Below are positions 37,266 through 47,596 of a DNA stretch of 64,000 bases, in pieces (the stretch's first letter is position 1; the number at the start of each line of letters is the position of its first letter). The position numbers and the translations under genes are program-made. Origin of the DNA: Candidatus Uhrbacteria bacterium (GTDB lineage Bacteria; Patescibacteriota; Patescibacteriia; SG8-24); contig JAFGIV010000026.1 in NCBI GenBank assembly GCA_016929435.1, forward strand, positions 30,097-94,096, in the 5' to 3' direction. The notes below the pieces were generated by a model, which saw only the letters and a program-made list of their open reading frames with translations, had not been told where the DNA came from and searched no databases.

Positions 37266-38023
37266 TTATTATATCCGAATTTCGCCTTAAAAATCAAGAG
37301 CGGAAAAACGACCGTAGCCCTAAATATCCGTTTCCATCGGCAGGGTTGGATAAACAGCCGCCAAAGCCACTCCAGGCCCATTTTACGCATTGACTCCGGG
37401 GCCCGGCTGATCTTTCCCCCCAGAAACTCAAAAGTTCCGCCTACCCCCATGGCCAAACCGAGCCAGGGCATCCGCGACAGGTTCTGCCGCAGCCACTTCT
37501 CCTGCCCGCCAAAAACCAGACCGACCAACAGAATGTCCGGCTTGGCCCGATGCAGCCGTTCCCGGGTCGCATCGTCAAGACGCCATTTTCCGTCTTGGCC
37601 GGAATAAAACCTGCCGCCCCTTTCGGCCCCGACTATTTTCAGCCCCGGAAAGGAGGCCTTCAGGGATTCGGCTGATTTTTCGGCCATACCCGGATCACCA
37701 CCCAGCAGATAGACCGTTTTCCCGAGTTCAGCGGCCAAACGGCAAATATCGACCGTCAAATCAGCGCCAGTCACCCGTTCCGGAAGGGGCTGACCCTGAA
37801 ATTTGGCGGCCCAAAGCAGACCTATCCCATCCGGGACGGAAAGGTCGGCCTGGTTGAGGACATCCATGAATTCCCGGTCCTTTTGGGCCCTAACGACAAA
37901 TTCCGGATTTGGGGTAACGACAAAAAACGGCTTGTTTCCCGACAGTAAGGCCGTTCTCACCCTTTCGACGGCCTGTTGTCCGGTAACCGCATCTACCGGC
38001 ACCCCCAAAATATTGGTCCGCAT
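37262..38023 (-). CDS. WecB/TagA/CpsF glycosyltransferase
   Basis: TPNPE, PDGIG, ERVTGADL, QEKW and GLEWLWRL motifs; start placed at ATG 38023. Confidence 0.93.
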   Translation of the reverse strand: MRTNILGVPVDAVTGQQAVERVRTALLSGNKPFFVVTPNPEFVVRAQKDREFMDVLNQADLSVPDGIGLLWAAKFQGQPLPERVTGADLTVDICRLAAELGKTVYLLGGDPGMAEKSAESLKASFPGLKIVGAERGGRFYSGQDGKWRLDDATRERLHRAKPDILLVGLVFGGQEKWLRQNLSRMPWLGLAMGVGGTFEFLGGKISRAPESMRKMGLEWLWRLFIQPCRWKRIFRATVVFPLLIFKAKFGYNK

Positions 38024-38139
38024 GGGTTCATGATAGCGGTAAAGGGGGTTGGTTGCCAATTTTTAGGCCCCACGGAAAGAACCCGTGATCCGCAGGCTTG
38101 ACTATCCCCCAAAATAATCTATTATATAGACATAACGAA

Positions 38140-38166
38140 TTAGCACTCCATCACATAGAGTGCCAA
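38140..38166. promoter_or_regulatory. CIRCE operator (HrcA)
   Basis: TTAGCACTC-N9-GAGTGCCAA upstream of clpB and downstream of TTGACT...TATTAT. Confidence 0.9.
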
Positions 38167-38188
38167 TCGTCTAACGAACTAAGGCGAT

Positions 38189-40855
38189 ATGTTACCTCAA
38201 AATTTCACCACAAAATCACGGGAGGCCCTGGAACAAGCCCAGTCCCTTGCCTCTGAGGCCGACAATCCGGAAGTCAATGACCTTCACCTGCTGAAGGCCC
38301 TTTTGGGGCAGGCGGACGGGATCGTGGTGGCCGTTTTCCGGAAGCTGGAGGTTGACCTTACGGCCATTCTCCGTGAGACAGAGTCGGCAATCGGGAGGTT
38401 GCCAACGGCCGGGAGCGGCGGACTGGCGCAGATGTCCGTATCCCCCACTCTCGTAAGGACCCTGCGTCAGGCGGAAAAGGAGGCCAAACGGATCGGTGAC
38501 GAATACATATCAACCGAACATTTCCTTCTCGGCCTGCTGCAGTCCCCCACCGAATCCAAGACGATCCTGGAGGGATCCGGGGTGGATTACGACAGGGCCC
38601 TGAAGGTCCTGGCCGATATCCGCGGCAACCAGAAGGTCGATTCCCCGGAACCGGAACAGAAATACCGGGCCTTGGAGAAATATTCCCGTAACCTGACCGA
38701 CCTGGCCCGAGAGGAAAAGCTTGATCCGGTAATTGGCCGGGATGAGGAGATCCGCCGGCTGATGCAGGTCCTGACACGACGGACAAAGAACAACCCGGTC
38801 CTGATCGGGGAGGCCGGCACGGGGAAGACGGCGATCGTCGAGGGCCTGGCCCAGCGGATCGTCCAGGGGGATGTCCCCGAATCGCTCCGGGACCGTGAGA
38901 TTGCCTCGTTGGACATCGGATCGATGCTGGCCGGATCCAAGTTCCGTGGCGAATTCGAGGAACGGCTGAAAGCGGTGATCAAGGAGGTGGAAAAATCGGA
39001 CGGAAAGACCATCCTGTTCATCGACGAGCTGCATACCCTGGTCGGGGCCGGGGTCGGCGGGGACGGATCGTCTCTCGATGCCGCCAACATGCTGAAACCC
39101 GCCTTGGCCCGAGGGGAAATCAAGGTGATCGGCGCCACCACCGTACGCGAATACCAGAAACACATCGAGAAGGACCAGGCCCTGGAACGGCGCTTCCAGC
39201 CGGTCATGGTCAACGAGCCCAACGAGGAGGACGCCATTGCCGTCATGCGCGGCATCAAGGACCGCTATGAGCTGCATCATGGGGTCCGCATCACCGATCC
39301 GGCGGTCGTGGCCTCGGTCCGGCTGTCGTCCCGCTACATCCAGGACCGTTTCCTGCCCGACAAGGCCGTGGACTGCATTGACGAGGCGGCCTCCGCCCTG
39401 CGGCTGCAGATCGATTCCGAACCGGTTGAGCTGGACCGGTTGCGCCGGGAGGTAATGCGTCGGGAAATCGAAAAACGGGCCCTACAGAAGGAAAAGGACC
39501 GGGAATCGACCGAACGGCTCAAGGAACTGGAAAGGGAGCTGGCCGAGCTGAAGGAAAAACTTTCGGCCCTTGAGCTGTCATGGAAGAACGAGAAGGACGC
39601 AATCGGGATAATCAACGATTCCAAGAAGGCCATTGAGGACCTGAAGCAAAAGGCGGAAATCGCCGAACGCCAGGCGGACCTGAATCGGGTGGCCGAAATC
39701 CGCTACGGCCTGATTCCGGAGGCTGACAGGTCGCTGCGGGAAGCGGAAAGCAGGCTCAAGAACCTCCAGGCTGACGGCCGCCGCCTGAAGGAGGAGGTAA
39801 CGGAGGAGGATATTGCCCAAGTCATCTCCCGCTGGTCCGGAGTGCCGGTCAGCAAGATGCTGCAGGCCGAGGCCGTCAAGCTGTCCAGGATGGAGGACGG
39901 CTTGGGGCGACGGGTCATCGGGCAGGAGGAGGCCATCCGGGCCGTAGCCAATGCCGTCCGCCGGTCTCGGGCAGGGATCGCCGAGGAGAACCGGCCGATC
40001 GGATCCTTCATGTTCCTGGGTCCGACCGGGGTGGGAAAGACCGAATTGGCCAAAGCCCTGGCCGAATTCATGTTCGACGACGAAAACGCCATGATCCGGC
40101 TGGACATGTCCGAATACGGAGAGAGGCATACGGTTTCCCGAATGCTCGGGTCCCCGCCCGGATACGTAGGCCATGATGAGGGCGGACAGCTGACCGAAGC
40201 GGTGCGCCGCAAGCCATATTCGGTTGTCCTGTTCGACGAGGTGGAAAAGGCCCATCCCGACGTCTGGAACACCCTGCTCCAGATACTGGACGACGGTCGC
40301 CTGACCGACTCCAAGGGACGGCGGGTCAATTTCAAGAATACGGTCATCATCATGACCTCCAACATCGGTTCGGAGGCAATCCTGGAATCCGGAAGGCGTC
40401 TCGGATCGATTGGTTTCGACTCGGAAACCGGGGCGAAAACCCGAAAAAACGCCGACCGTGACCGGACGGACATTCGAAACAAAATCATGGAAATGCTGCG
40501 GGAGCGGTTCAAGCCGGAATTCCTGAACCGCCTGGACGAGATAATCGTATTCCGGTCCCTGACCGAAAGCGAAATCGGCCGGATAGTCGAACTGCAGCTG
40601 GCACGGGTGACGAACCGCCTCAAATCCAAGAGGGTCAACCTCAAGGTAACCGCCAAGGCCAAGGCCATCCTTGCCAAAAAGGGATACGATCCGACCTTTG
40701 GGGCCAGGCCGCTGAAGCGAACCCTCCAGCAGGAGATTCTTGATCCCCTGGCCCTGATGCTGATTGACGGGAAGGTCGGTGACGGGGAAACCGTCACAGC
40801 CGACGCCAAATCCAGCCTGAAGAACGGCGAGAGGATAACTTTAAGGGTTGGATGA
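38189..40855 (+). CDS. clpB: Chaperone ClpB
   Basis: Two AAA+ modules (GEAGTGKT; GPTGVGKT), long middle domain, GYVG pore loop. Confidence 0.97.
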   Translation: MLPQNFTTKSREALEQAQSLASEADNPEVNDLHLLKALLGQADGIVVAVFRKLEVDLTAILRETESAIGRLPTAGSGGLAQMSVSPTLVRTLRQAEKEAKRIGDEYISTEHFLLGLLQSPTESKTILEGSGVDYDRALKVLADIRGNQKVDSPEPEQKYRALEKYSRNLTDLAREEKLDPVIGRDEEIRRLMQVLTRRTKNNPVLIGEAGTGKTAIVEGLAQRIVQGDVPESLRDREIASLDIGSMLAGSKFRGEFEERLKAVIKEVEKSDGKTILFIDELHTLVGAGVGGDGSSLDAANMLKPALARGEIKVIGATTVREYQKHIEKDQALERRFQPVMVNEPNEEDAIAVMRGIKDRYELHHGVRITDPAVVASVRLSSRYIQDRFLPDKAVDCIDEAASALRLQIDSEPVELDRLRREVMRREIEKRALQKEKDRESTERLKELERELAELKEKLSALELSWKNEKDAIGIINDSKKAIEDLKQKAEIAERQADLNRVAEIRYGLIPEADRSLREAESRLKNLQADGRRLKEEVTEEDIAQVISRWSGVPVSKMLQAEAVKLSRMEDGLGRRVIGQEEAIRAVANAVRRSRAGIAEENRPIGSFMFLGPTGVGKTELAKALAEFMFDDENAMIRLDMSEYGERHTVSRMLGSPPGYVGHDEGGQLTEAVRRKPYSVVLFDEVEKAHPDVWNTLLQILDDGRLTDSKGRRVNFKNTVIIMTSNIGSEAILESGRRLGSIGFDSETGAKTRKNADRDRTDIRNKIMEMLRERFKPEFLNRLDEIIVFRSLTESEIGRIVELQLARVTNRLKSKRVNLKVTAKAKAILAKKGYDPTFGARPLKRTLQQEILDPLALMLIDGKVGDGETVTADAKSSLKNGERITLRVG

Positions 40856-40862
40856 AAATGGG

Positions 40863-40904
40863 CAAGAAAGAAACCCCAGGGACTATCCCGGGGTTTCTTT
40901 CTTG
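40863..40904. terminator. Intrinsic terminator after clpB
   Basis: CAAGAAAGAAACCCC...GGGGTTTCTTTCTTG followed by a T-run. Confidence 0.85.
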
Positions 40905-41092
40905 TTTTTGGTTAAGGAATCAACACGTCCATCAGGGACCCGAACAGCTGACGGTAGAATGCCTTGATTTTCCGTTTGGACATAGACTTTTGCCTGTTAA
41001 CGTGCCATAATCGGAACGCCACCCAATCAGTGGTTCCGATTAAACGCCGTTCCGCTCTCCCACGGGAGCGGCGTTTTTTAATTAGTAACGAG

Positions 41093-41725
41093 TCAAACCG
41101 GCTGATGGGCCCCAAAATCACGCATCAGCCCCCGGACCACCCCCTGTACCACGACCTCCCGGACATAAATCGGCTTGAGGCGGCTATTGGCCGGCTGAAG
41201 GCGGACCCGTCCCGGTTCGCGGTAAAACCGCTTGAGGGTAGCGTACATGTTGTCCAGGAGAGCCACGACGATATCCCCGTTTTTGGGGGACGGATTCCGT
41301 TCCACCACAACGTAATCTCCGGAAAGGATCCCGTCTTCAATCATCGAATCCCCCCTTACCTTCAGGACAAAGGTGTCTTCCGGCTTGGCCACCATGGAGG
41401 CCGGGACGTCAATCCCCTCGTCGGACTGGATGGCCTCAATCGGTTCGCCGGCCGTAATGACCCCGGCCAAGGGAACGGTGATGGCTTGGGCCATCCTGGT
41501 GATGGTCGGCTCGACCTCAATGGTCCGGCTCCCCTCCCCCCCGTCAGCCAGATAGCCTTTGGTCTCCAGGTTTTTGACATGCTCATGAACCGTGGCGGTC
41601 GAACTCATCCCCAACTCCGAGGCGATTTCCCTATAGGAAGGGGCATACCCCCGTTCCCGGACATAATCGACTATGAAGTTAAATATTTCGGTCTGGCGTT
41701 TGGTCAGTTTGTTTTTGGATATCAT
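41093..41725 (-). CDS. lexA: SOS repressor LexA
   Basis: LTKRQ..PSYREI HTH, AG cleavage site, GDSM and TLKR catalytic motifs. Confidence 0.96.
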   Translation of the reverse strand: MISKNKLTKRQTEIFNFIVDYVRERGYAPSYREIASELGMSSTATVHEHVKNLETKGYLADGGEGSRTIEVEPTITRMAQAITVPLAGVITAGEPIEAIQSDEGIDVPASMVAKPEDTFVLKVRGDSMIEDGILSGDYVVVERNPSPKNGDIVVALLDNMYATLKRFYREPGRVRLQPANSRLKPIYVREVVVQGVVRGLMRDFGAHQPV

Positions 41726-41762
41726 AGTTATCCACAGTTATTGTCTAACGCCTTAATTATAC

Positions 41763-41778
41763 CCGAACAAAAACCGAA
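41763..41778 (-). promoter_or_regulatory. LexA box, TTCGG-N6-TTCGG type
   Basis: Minus strand TTCGG-TTTTTG-TTCGG upstream of lexA; matches the direct-repeat motif described for Patescibacteria. Confidence 0.75.
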
Positions 41779-41865
41779 CAGCAAGAGACTCCCCACCGAC
41801 TGTCCCTTCCCATTTCAAAATCAGCGGGCTACATGATAAAATATCTGCATATTAATCACGAACCC

Positions 41866-42660
41866 ATGTCTTTAGCATTCTCCTGCATCGTAGCCCACAC
41901 CCCGCTCCTGATGCCGACCATCGGAAGGGACAGCATTGGCCTGATAGCCAAGACCAGGGATGCCATGCTCCGTTTGGAGCAGGAACTCTACCTGTCCCAA
42001 CCGGAAACCGTAATCGTCGTGTCGCCGCACGGACAGGGCCTGCCGGATTCCGTAACCATCGACTGCAGCCCGGAATTCACGGCTGATTTCGAGGAGTTCG
42101 GGGACCTGGTCACAAAAAACCGCTGGCGCGGGGATGTCTTGCTGATCGACCGAATTAGGGAAGACTTCAACGCCAAGCACCTCCCCCTTTCGCTAAGCAG
42201 CGTCAGTACCCTGGACTACGGCTGTACCGTACCCCTCTGGTACCTGACCCAACACCTCCCGAAGGTCAAGGTCGTTCCCGTATTCACGTCCGGTCTGGAC
42301 GCCAAAAACCATTACGAAATCGGCAGGCAGATGAAGGACGAGATCCTCAACGCCACCAAACGGGTGGCAGTGGTGGCCTCCGCCGACCTGTCGCACAGGG
42401 TCGGGGAAAATTCCCCGCAGGGACTGTCCCCCCGTGGGGTAGCCTATGACGAAAAGGTCCAGGAGCTTGTCCGGAACCGTGACCTGGTGGGCCTGACCGA
42501 TATCGACGAGAGCTGGGCCAATGAGGCCTCGGCCTGCGGGGACAAGGTTTTGGCCGTTCTGGCGGGAATCATGGACGAGGTTCAGCACGAACCGGAAATC
42601 CTTTCCTACGAAAAACCGTTGGGTGTCGGATACCTGGTGGCCAACCTGAAGATGGCCTGA
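41866..42660 (+). CDS. LigB/MEMO1-like (AmmeMemoRadiSam B-type) protein
   Basis: AHTP, VSPH, LDYG..VPL, SADLSHR and GVGY motifs. Confidence 0.85.
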   Translation: MSLAFSCIVAHTPLLMPTIGRDSIGLIAKTRDAMLRLEQELYLSQPETVIVVSPHGQGLPDSVTIDCSPEFTADFEEFGDLVTKNRWRGDVLLIDRIREDFNAKHLPLSLSSVSTLDYGCTVPLWYLTQHLPKVKVVPVFTSGLDAKNHYEIGRQMKDEILNATKRVAVVASADLSHRVGENSPQGLSPRGVAYDEKVQELVRNRDLVGLTDIDESWANEASACGDKVLAVLAGIMDEVQHEPEILSYEKPLGVGYLVANLKMA

Positions 42661-42677
42661 CGCCCATAACCGAGCCG

Positions 42678-44546
42678 ATGATCGCCAAAGTCGTCCCTGC
42701 CGTCAGGTTACCCCGTCCAATGGGTGTTTTCGATTACCTGGTCGGGGACGAATCGGGCATCCGCAGGGGATCTTTGGTGACGGTTCCCTGGAGAAACCGG
42801 GGGGTCGTCGGGCTGGTTGTCGGAACGGAAGACAGGAGCGATATCCCGCCCAAGAGGCTTAAGGCGGTTACGGGAAAATTTTCCGCCAATCGCCTGCCTG
42901 AAGACGCCGTGAGGGCGATGGAATGGGCGGCGAACCGCTACCTGGCATCTCCGGGGACAATAGTCCGGTGTTTCATTCCGACTCCCCCAAAACGCCGTCC
43001 GACCCCTGTCCCCACCGATACGGCCGACGCCGGGGAAAAGGGTCCCGATTCCCGCCCGCAAAAAAGCACGGGAAGAATTTTCGTCTACGGCAGTCCCGAG
43101 GAAAAAAGGGCGGTCATGTCGGCGGCGGTCGGAAAGTGCCTTGAATCGGGGAAATCCGCCATTGTCCTGGCCCCGCACAGGGAGGACATCAGGGAAACCG
43201 TCGCTGTCCTGGCCGATTCGGCCAACGGGGGGCTGGCGGAAATTCACGGTCAACTTCCGGCCGGGATTCTTTGGGCCAATTGGGAGCGTTGCCTAAACGG
43301 GCAGGCGACAGTGGCGGTCGGCAGCCGAATGGCCGTAATGGCCCCTATAAATCGATTGGGCCTAATCGTGATTCTGGAGGGAGACAGTCCGGACCACAAG
43401 CAGTATGACCAAAATCCCCGCTACGATGCCCGGGCCCTGGCAAAAGTCAGGACCGATACGGCTGGGGCCGAACTCCTGATAATGACCCAGTCGCTCCGGG
43501 TGGAGGAAATCGTCATGGCCAGGAACGGCTTCCGCCTGGAAAACGGCTCTGTCCGGCCGGCACCGGTAGTCCTGGCGGACATCTCGTCTTGGGGAAAGGA
43601 GTGGTCCGGACCGCTGGCTCCGGCCTCCGTCGACCGAATCGTTGGGTCTTTACAGGACGGAAAGAATGCGCTAATATACCATGATCGCCAGGGGACGGCC
43701 GGGGCCTTGGCCTGCGCCGATTGCCGCCAGGTCTCCCGTTGCCCAAAATGCTCCCTGGCGATGCCGATACGCAGGGAAACGCTCTATTGCCCCCGTTGCG
43801 GACAGGCCGTACCGCTACCGACCGCCTGTCCGACCTGCGGCGGGAACCGTCTCCGGACGATCGGTTGGGGAACGGCGGCCGTTGAGTCTTTTTTGAAAAA
43901 AACGATCCCCGGGACATCCGTACAGCGGATCGATGCCGAAACGGGAAGGGTCGGAAGCGGCCAAAACGCCCGGGTACTGATCGGTTCCCGCGGGCTGGTG
44001 CACGACCTTTCCGAACTGCATGGGGGAAATTTCGGAACGGTCATCGTCACCGCAGCCGAAGACCTGCTCCGGCGACCCGGATTCCGGACGACAGAGGAGG
44101 CCTGGGGCCTGATCCAAAAACTCCGTTACCTGGCGGCCCGCAGTCAGGCCGACCTGGTCATCCAAACCCTCAATACGGAAGACCCGAAAGTTCGCTCCCT
44201 GGCCGAGGACGCAAAAACCTTCCTGGACAGGGAACTGGCCATGCGTCGGGAAACCAGCTACCCGCCAGCCGGAAGGTTGGTGTTGGTGGTTTCCCGGGGA
44301 CAAACGGAACGCGAGGCAACCTCCCGTTCCGAGTGGGTCCGGAGGCGACTTCTGCCGGCCTGCCGGGCCAACGGACCGAAAACCGTCCTGTCCCAGCCGT
44401 TTCGCCCGTCACGGCCGGTCCGCAATGGCCAATGGAGACAGGCCATAGCCATCAAGACCCCAGAAATCGGACCGGGCCTGGACCGGGCACTGCGGTCCCT
44501 GCCGGAGGAGCATTCCATCGAACCCGATCCGGAAACCCCAATTTAG
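42678..44546 (+). CDS. priA: Primosomal protein N' (PriA) with degenerate helicase motifs
   Basis: N-terminal FDY..G..V.VP 3'-binding domain, four CxxC motifs, YPP; upstream of def-fmt. Confidence 0.85.
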   Translation: MIAKVVPAVRLPRPMGVFDYLVGDESGIRRGSLVTVPWRNRGVVGLVVGTEDRSDIPPKRLKAVTGKFSANRLPEDAVRAMEWAANRYLASPGTIVRCFIPTPPKRRPTPVPTDTADAGEKGPDSRPQKSTGRIFVYGSPEEKRAVMSAAVGKCLESGKSAIVLAPHREDIRETVAVLADSANGGLAEIHGQLPAGILWANWERCLNGQATVAVGSRMAVMAPINRLGLIVILEGDSPDHKQYDQNPRYDARALAKVRTDTAGAELLIMTQSLRVEEIVMARNGFRLENGSVRPAPVVLADISSWGKEWSGPLAPASVDRIVGSLQDGKNALIYHDRQGTAGALACADCRQVSRCPKCSLAMPIRRETLYCPRCGQAVPLPTACPTCGGNRLRTIGWGTAAVESFLKKTIPGTSVQRIDAETGRVGSGQNARVLIGSRGLVHDLSELHGGNFGTVIVTAAEDLLRRPGFRTTEEAWGLIQKLRYLAARSQADLVIQTLNTEDPKVRSLAEDAKTFLDRELAMRRETSYPPAGRLVLVVSRGQTEREATSRSEWVRRRLLPACRANGPKTVLSQPFRPSRPVRNGQWRQAIAIKTPEIGPGLDRALRSLPEEHSIEPDPETPI

Positions 44547-44567
44547 AAACCTTAGACACTCCATAAA

Positions 44568-45014
44568 ATGACCAGAAAAATAACGATTGCCGGCAAGGAC
44601 GCTGTCCTGCGGCAAAAAGCGAAAGAGGTCAGGCCGGAGGAGTTCGGTACCGACGAGCTCCGCCGTTTGGCTTCGGATATGGCGGAAACCATGTCCAAAA
44701 ACGACGGCGTGGGCATTGCCGCCCCGCAGGTCGGGGAATCGATCCGTGTCTTTGTGGTGGAAACCCCAGACGGACCGGCTGCCCTGGCCAACCCGACCGT
44801 CATCCCCAAAACGGAAAAGATGGACGGGGATGTTGAGGGCTGCCTGTCCTGTCCGGGCGAAGCCGTTCGCGTCAGGCGTTTCCGAAAAATAGAGGTTCGG
44901 GCCATGACAATCGACGGGGAACCGCTCAACTTCCGAGCCGAAGGTTTCCTTGCCCGCGTCATCCAGCACGAGAACGACCACCTGGACGGCATCCTGATCA
45001 TAGACAAGAAATGA
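44568..45014 (+). CDS. def: Peptide deformylase
   Basis: GVGIAAPQVG, EGCLS and QHENDHL motifs. Confidence 0.97.
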   Translation: MTRKITIAGKDAVLRQKAKEVRPEEFGTDELRRLASDMAETMSKNDGVGIAAPQVGESIRVFVVETPDGPAALANPTVIPKTEKMDGDVEGCLSCPGEAVRVRRFRKIEVRAMTIDGEPLNFRAEGFLARVIQHENDHLDGILIIDKK

Positions 45015-45991
45015 CGGGCATGCTGAAAGTCGCATATTTCGGCAGCGGACATTTTGCCGTAGAGCCGCTCCAGGCCATGCTTAACGACCCGGATGTCCAG
45101 GTGTTGGCCGTCATCTGCCGACCGGATCGCCCAGTCGGCCGAAGGCAGGAGACGGAACCGTGTCCGGTCGGACACATGGTCAGCCGTTCTTCCCGCATGT
45201 CCGACGGCGGTATCCGCATATTAAAACCCGAAAGGGTCCGCAATAACCCTGAACTGATCGCCGAATTGAGGGGAATGAACCTGGACGTGGCAATCGTGGC
45301 GTCATACGGGCAGATATTGCCGCAGGAACTCCTGGATATCCCAAGGCTCGGTTTCCTTAACCTCCACGGGTCGATCCTGCCGAAATGGCGCGGGGCCTCC
45401 CCCATTCAGTCCTCCATCCTGGCCGGGGATGCCGAAACCGGAGTCACCCTAATGGTCATGGACGCCAAAATGGACCACGGTCCAATTTTGGGTACGGCGG
45501 AAACCGCCATAGGCCCCCATGACACGTACCGGACCATGGAAACGAAACTGTCGAAATCCGCAGCCGATCTCCTGTCCGGCAAACTCCGGAAATTCGCTGA
45601 CGGCCAAATCGTTCCTCAAAGGCAGGACCACGATGCGGCCTCGTTCTGCGGGATGATAGGCAAGGGGGACGGCCTGGTCGACTGGCGGAAAGAGACGGCC
45701 GACCTGATCGGGCGCAAACTCCGGGCCTACACCCCCTGGCCGGGAATATACTCGAACTGGAACCGTAATGGCCGCCTGTTGCGGATAAAAATACTGGAGG
45801 CGAAAATCGGAAAGGAACCGGTTCCCGGGGTCTTGCCCGGCACGATCGTTGAGTCGGAAGGCAAACCGTCCGTCATTGCCGCCGATCACCGCCCGGTAAC
45901 GATCGAGATGTGCCAGGTGGAAGGGAAGAAACCATGTTCCGGACAGGACCTGTTGCGCGGATACCGGGATCTGGCCGGTAAGGTCATCTGA
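45011..45991 (+). CDS. fmt: Methionyl-tRNA formyltransferase
   Basis: PDRPVGR, NLHGSILPKWRGASPIQ and MDHGP motifs. Confidence 0.96.
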   Translation: MTGMLKVAYFGSGHFAVEPLQAMLNDPDVQVLAVICRPDRPVGRRQETEPCPVGHMVSRSSRMSDGGIRILKPERVRNNPELIAELRGMNLDVAIVASYGQILPQELLDIPRLGFLNLHGSILPKWRGASPIQSSILAGDAETGVTLMVMDAKMDHGPILGTAETAIGPHDTYRTMETKLSKSAADLLSGKLRKFADGQIVPQRQDHDAASFCGMIGKGDGLVDWRKETADLIGRKLRAYTPWPGIYSNWNRNGRLLRIKILEAKIGKEPVPGVLPGTIVESEGKPSVIAADHRPVTIEMCQVEGKKPCSGQDLLRGYRDLAGKVI

Positions 45992-46019
45992 AAAAACAGG
46001 CCAAAAAGGCCTGTTTTTT
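45991..46019. terminator. Bidirectional terminator
   Basis: AAAAAACAGGCC-aaaaa-GGCCTGTTTTTT between convergent genes. Confidence 0.8.
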
Positions 46020-46042
46020 GGTTTGCTCCCCACACTCTCCGG

Positions 46043-47596
46043 TCATGATTTCTGCATTCGGCCGTTCCATCCCGCCAACATGGCCAAGGTGCCTATCCCT
46101 AGCGGATGGTTCAGGTACGGGCTGAAGACGTTCGTGGCCAAAAGGGCAACGGTTGCGGCCAATACGCCTAAAGCGACCACGGCCTGCGGATCAACAGCCG
46201 CATTTTGGACGGTTCCGTACGACAGCCGGGAACGGCGGACAATCGCCAAAACCGGACGGATCAGGGCATGGACAAGCCAACCGTAAGCGATCAGGCCAAC
46301 CAGGCCCAGCTTCAGCCAAAGGTCGCTGTAGCCCCACTCGAAGGCATAGGTGGAGTACATGCCGTTCGGGTAATCCGCCAATAGCCGGGGATCGCTCGTC
46401 CGGTATTCGACCCTGGTTCCGAAACCCGAACCGAGAAACGGGTGCCGGAGGGCTGCCCTGTTCAGGATCGGCAAAAGGGACCAGCGGCTGACGGCAGCGT
46501 CGTCCACCAATGAGGTGGCCCTGCCGCCAAGCATCCCGGAAAAGGATATCCAGGTCCCCCTCTTCGGGAAGGGAATGGCGTAAATCCCCATGATGGCCGC
46601 CACGGCAACCGTGGCGGCCAAGATCCCCGAAACCGCCATCCGTTTCCAGACAGCCGTCTCGGCCTTGGCCCAAACCAATACGGCCATTACGGATAGGGCC
46701 CCAAAAAAAAGGCCGAACCAAAAGCTGCGCGAAAGCCCCAAAACCAGGGCAACGGCCGCCAGGCTGACCGCCGCCAAGGCGCAGCGGAAGCGGCGAGACC
46801 GGACGGAAGCGGCATAAGCCGCCAAAACCGTCCCGATCAGGGCCAAAAACATCCCAAACAGGTGAGACTGGAAAAATACCCGGTGGAAATCCCCCACATG
46901 AATGGCGATCTCCCCCACCCGGGTATCCCTGACCCAAACGTAAAGCGGAGAGGCAATGGCCTGAATGCGATGGGAAAAGACATAGAAAACAAAGACGGCC
47001 TTCAGGACGGATGAGGACACGGCCGCCAAGGCAACGCCAACGAACCGAGACGGGTCCAACCGCAGAAAACCGGAGACAACGGCGGGAAGAATGGCGAAAA
47101 AGGCATAGCCGTTGGCGTCAAAAAACATGTCCGCAAACCCATTGGCCGACAGGCCCCGAACGGCAGCCACGGAAAAGACGGCAAGCAGGGCCAGGTACGG
47201 CCACAGCATTCCGGTTTTCCGCATTGCGGACAGCCAGTCCAAACCCTCCCCGCGAAGAAGTGCCCTGGAGGATTGGACGGCCCAGGCGCAAAAGATCGCC
47301 AGGAACATCCCCATCCGCAGGGACAGGCCCAATCCCCCCTCCGAACCGAGGGAAAAAAGGTATCCGCCCTGCGACCCGATGAACAGCTCGGCCAGAAACG
47401 CCAGGATCGCCAGATCATAACGGACGAAAGCCAAAACCAAGACCGTCAGGCAGGTAATGACCGTTGCGACCGACGAGAACGCCGGGAACACGAAACCGAA
47501 AAAAGAAAGCGTCTCGGCCAGGACAATCAGCAGCAGGGCCGTTCGAAACGACCGGGTGGCCTTTTTCGGTTCGATTTTAGGCAGGCTGTCGGTCAT
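46043..47596 (-). CDS. O-antigen ligase/Wzy-like multi-pass membrane protein
   Basis: Many TMs, SRSFWFG, HPFLGSGFG and LGLVGL motifs. Confidence 0.75.
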   Translation of the reverse strand: MTDSLPKIEPKKATRSFRTALLLIVLAETLSFFGFVFPAFSSVATVITCLTVLVLAFVRYDLAILAFLAELFIGSQGGYLFSLGSEGGLGLSLRMGMFLAIFCAWAVQSSRALLRGEGLDWLSAMRKTGMLWPYLALLAVFSVAAVRGLSANGFADMFFDANGYAFFAILPAVVSGFLRLDPSRFVGVALAAVSSSVLKAVFVFYVFSHRIQAIASPLYVWVRDTRVGEIAIHVGDFHRVFFQSHLFGMFLALIGTVLAAYAASVRSRRFRCALAAVSLAAVALVLGLSRSFWFGLFFGALSVMAVLVWAKAETAVWKRMAVSGILAATVAVAAIMGIYAIPFPKRGTWISFSGMLGGRATSLVDDAAVSRWSLLPILNRAALRHPFLGSGFGTRVEYRTSDPRLLADYPNGMYSTYAFEWGYSDLWLKLGLVGLIAYGWLVHALIRPVLAIVRRSRLSYGTVQNAAVDPQAVVALGVLAATVALLATNVFSPYLNHPLGIGTLAMLAGWNGRMQKS

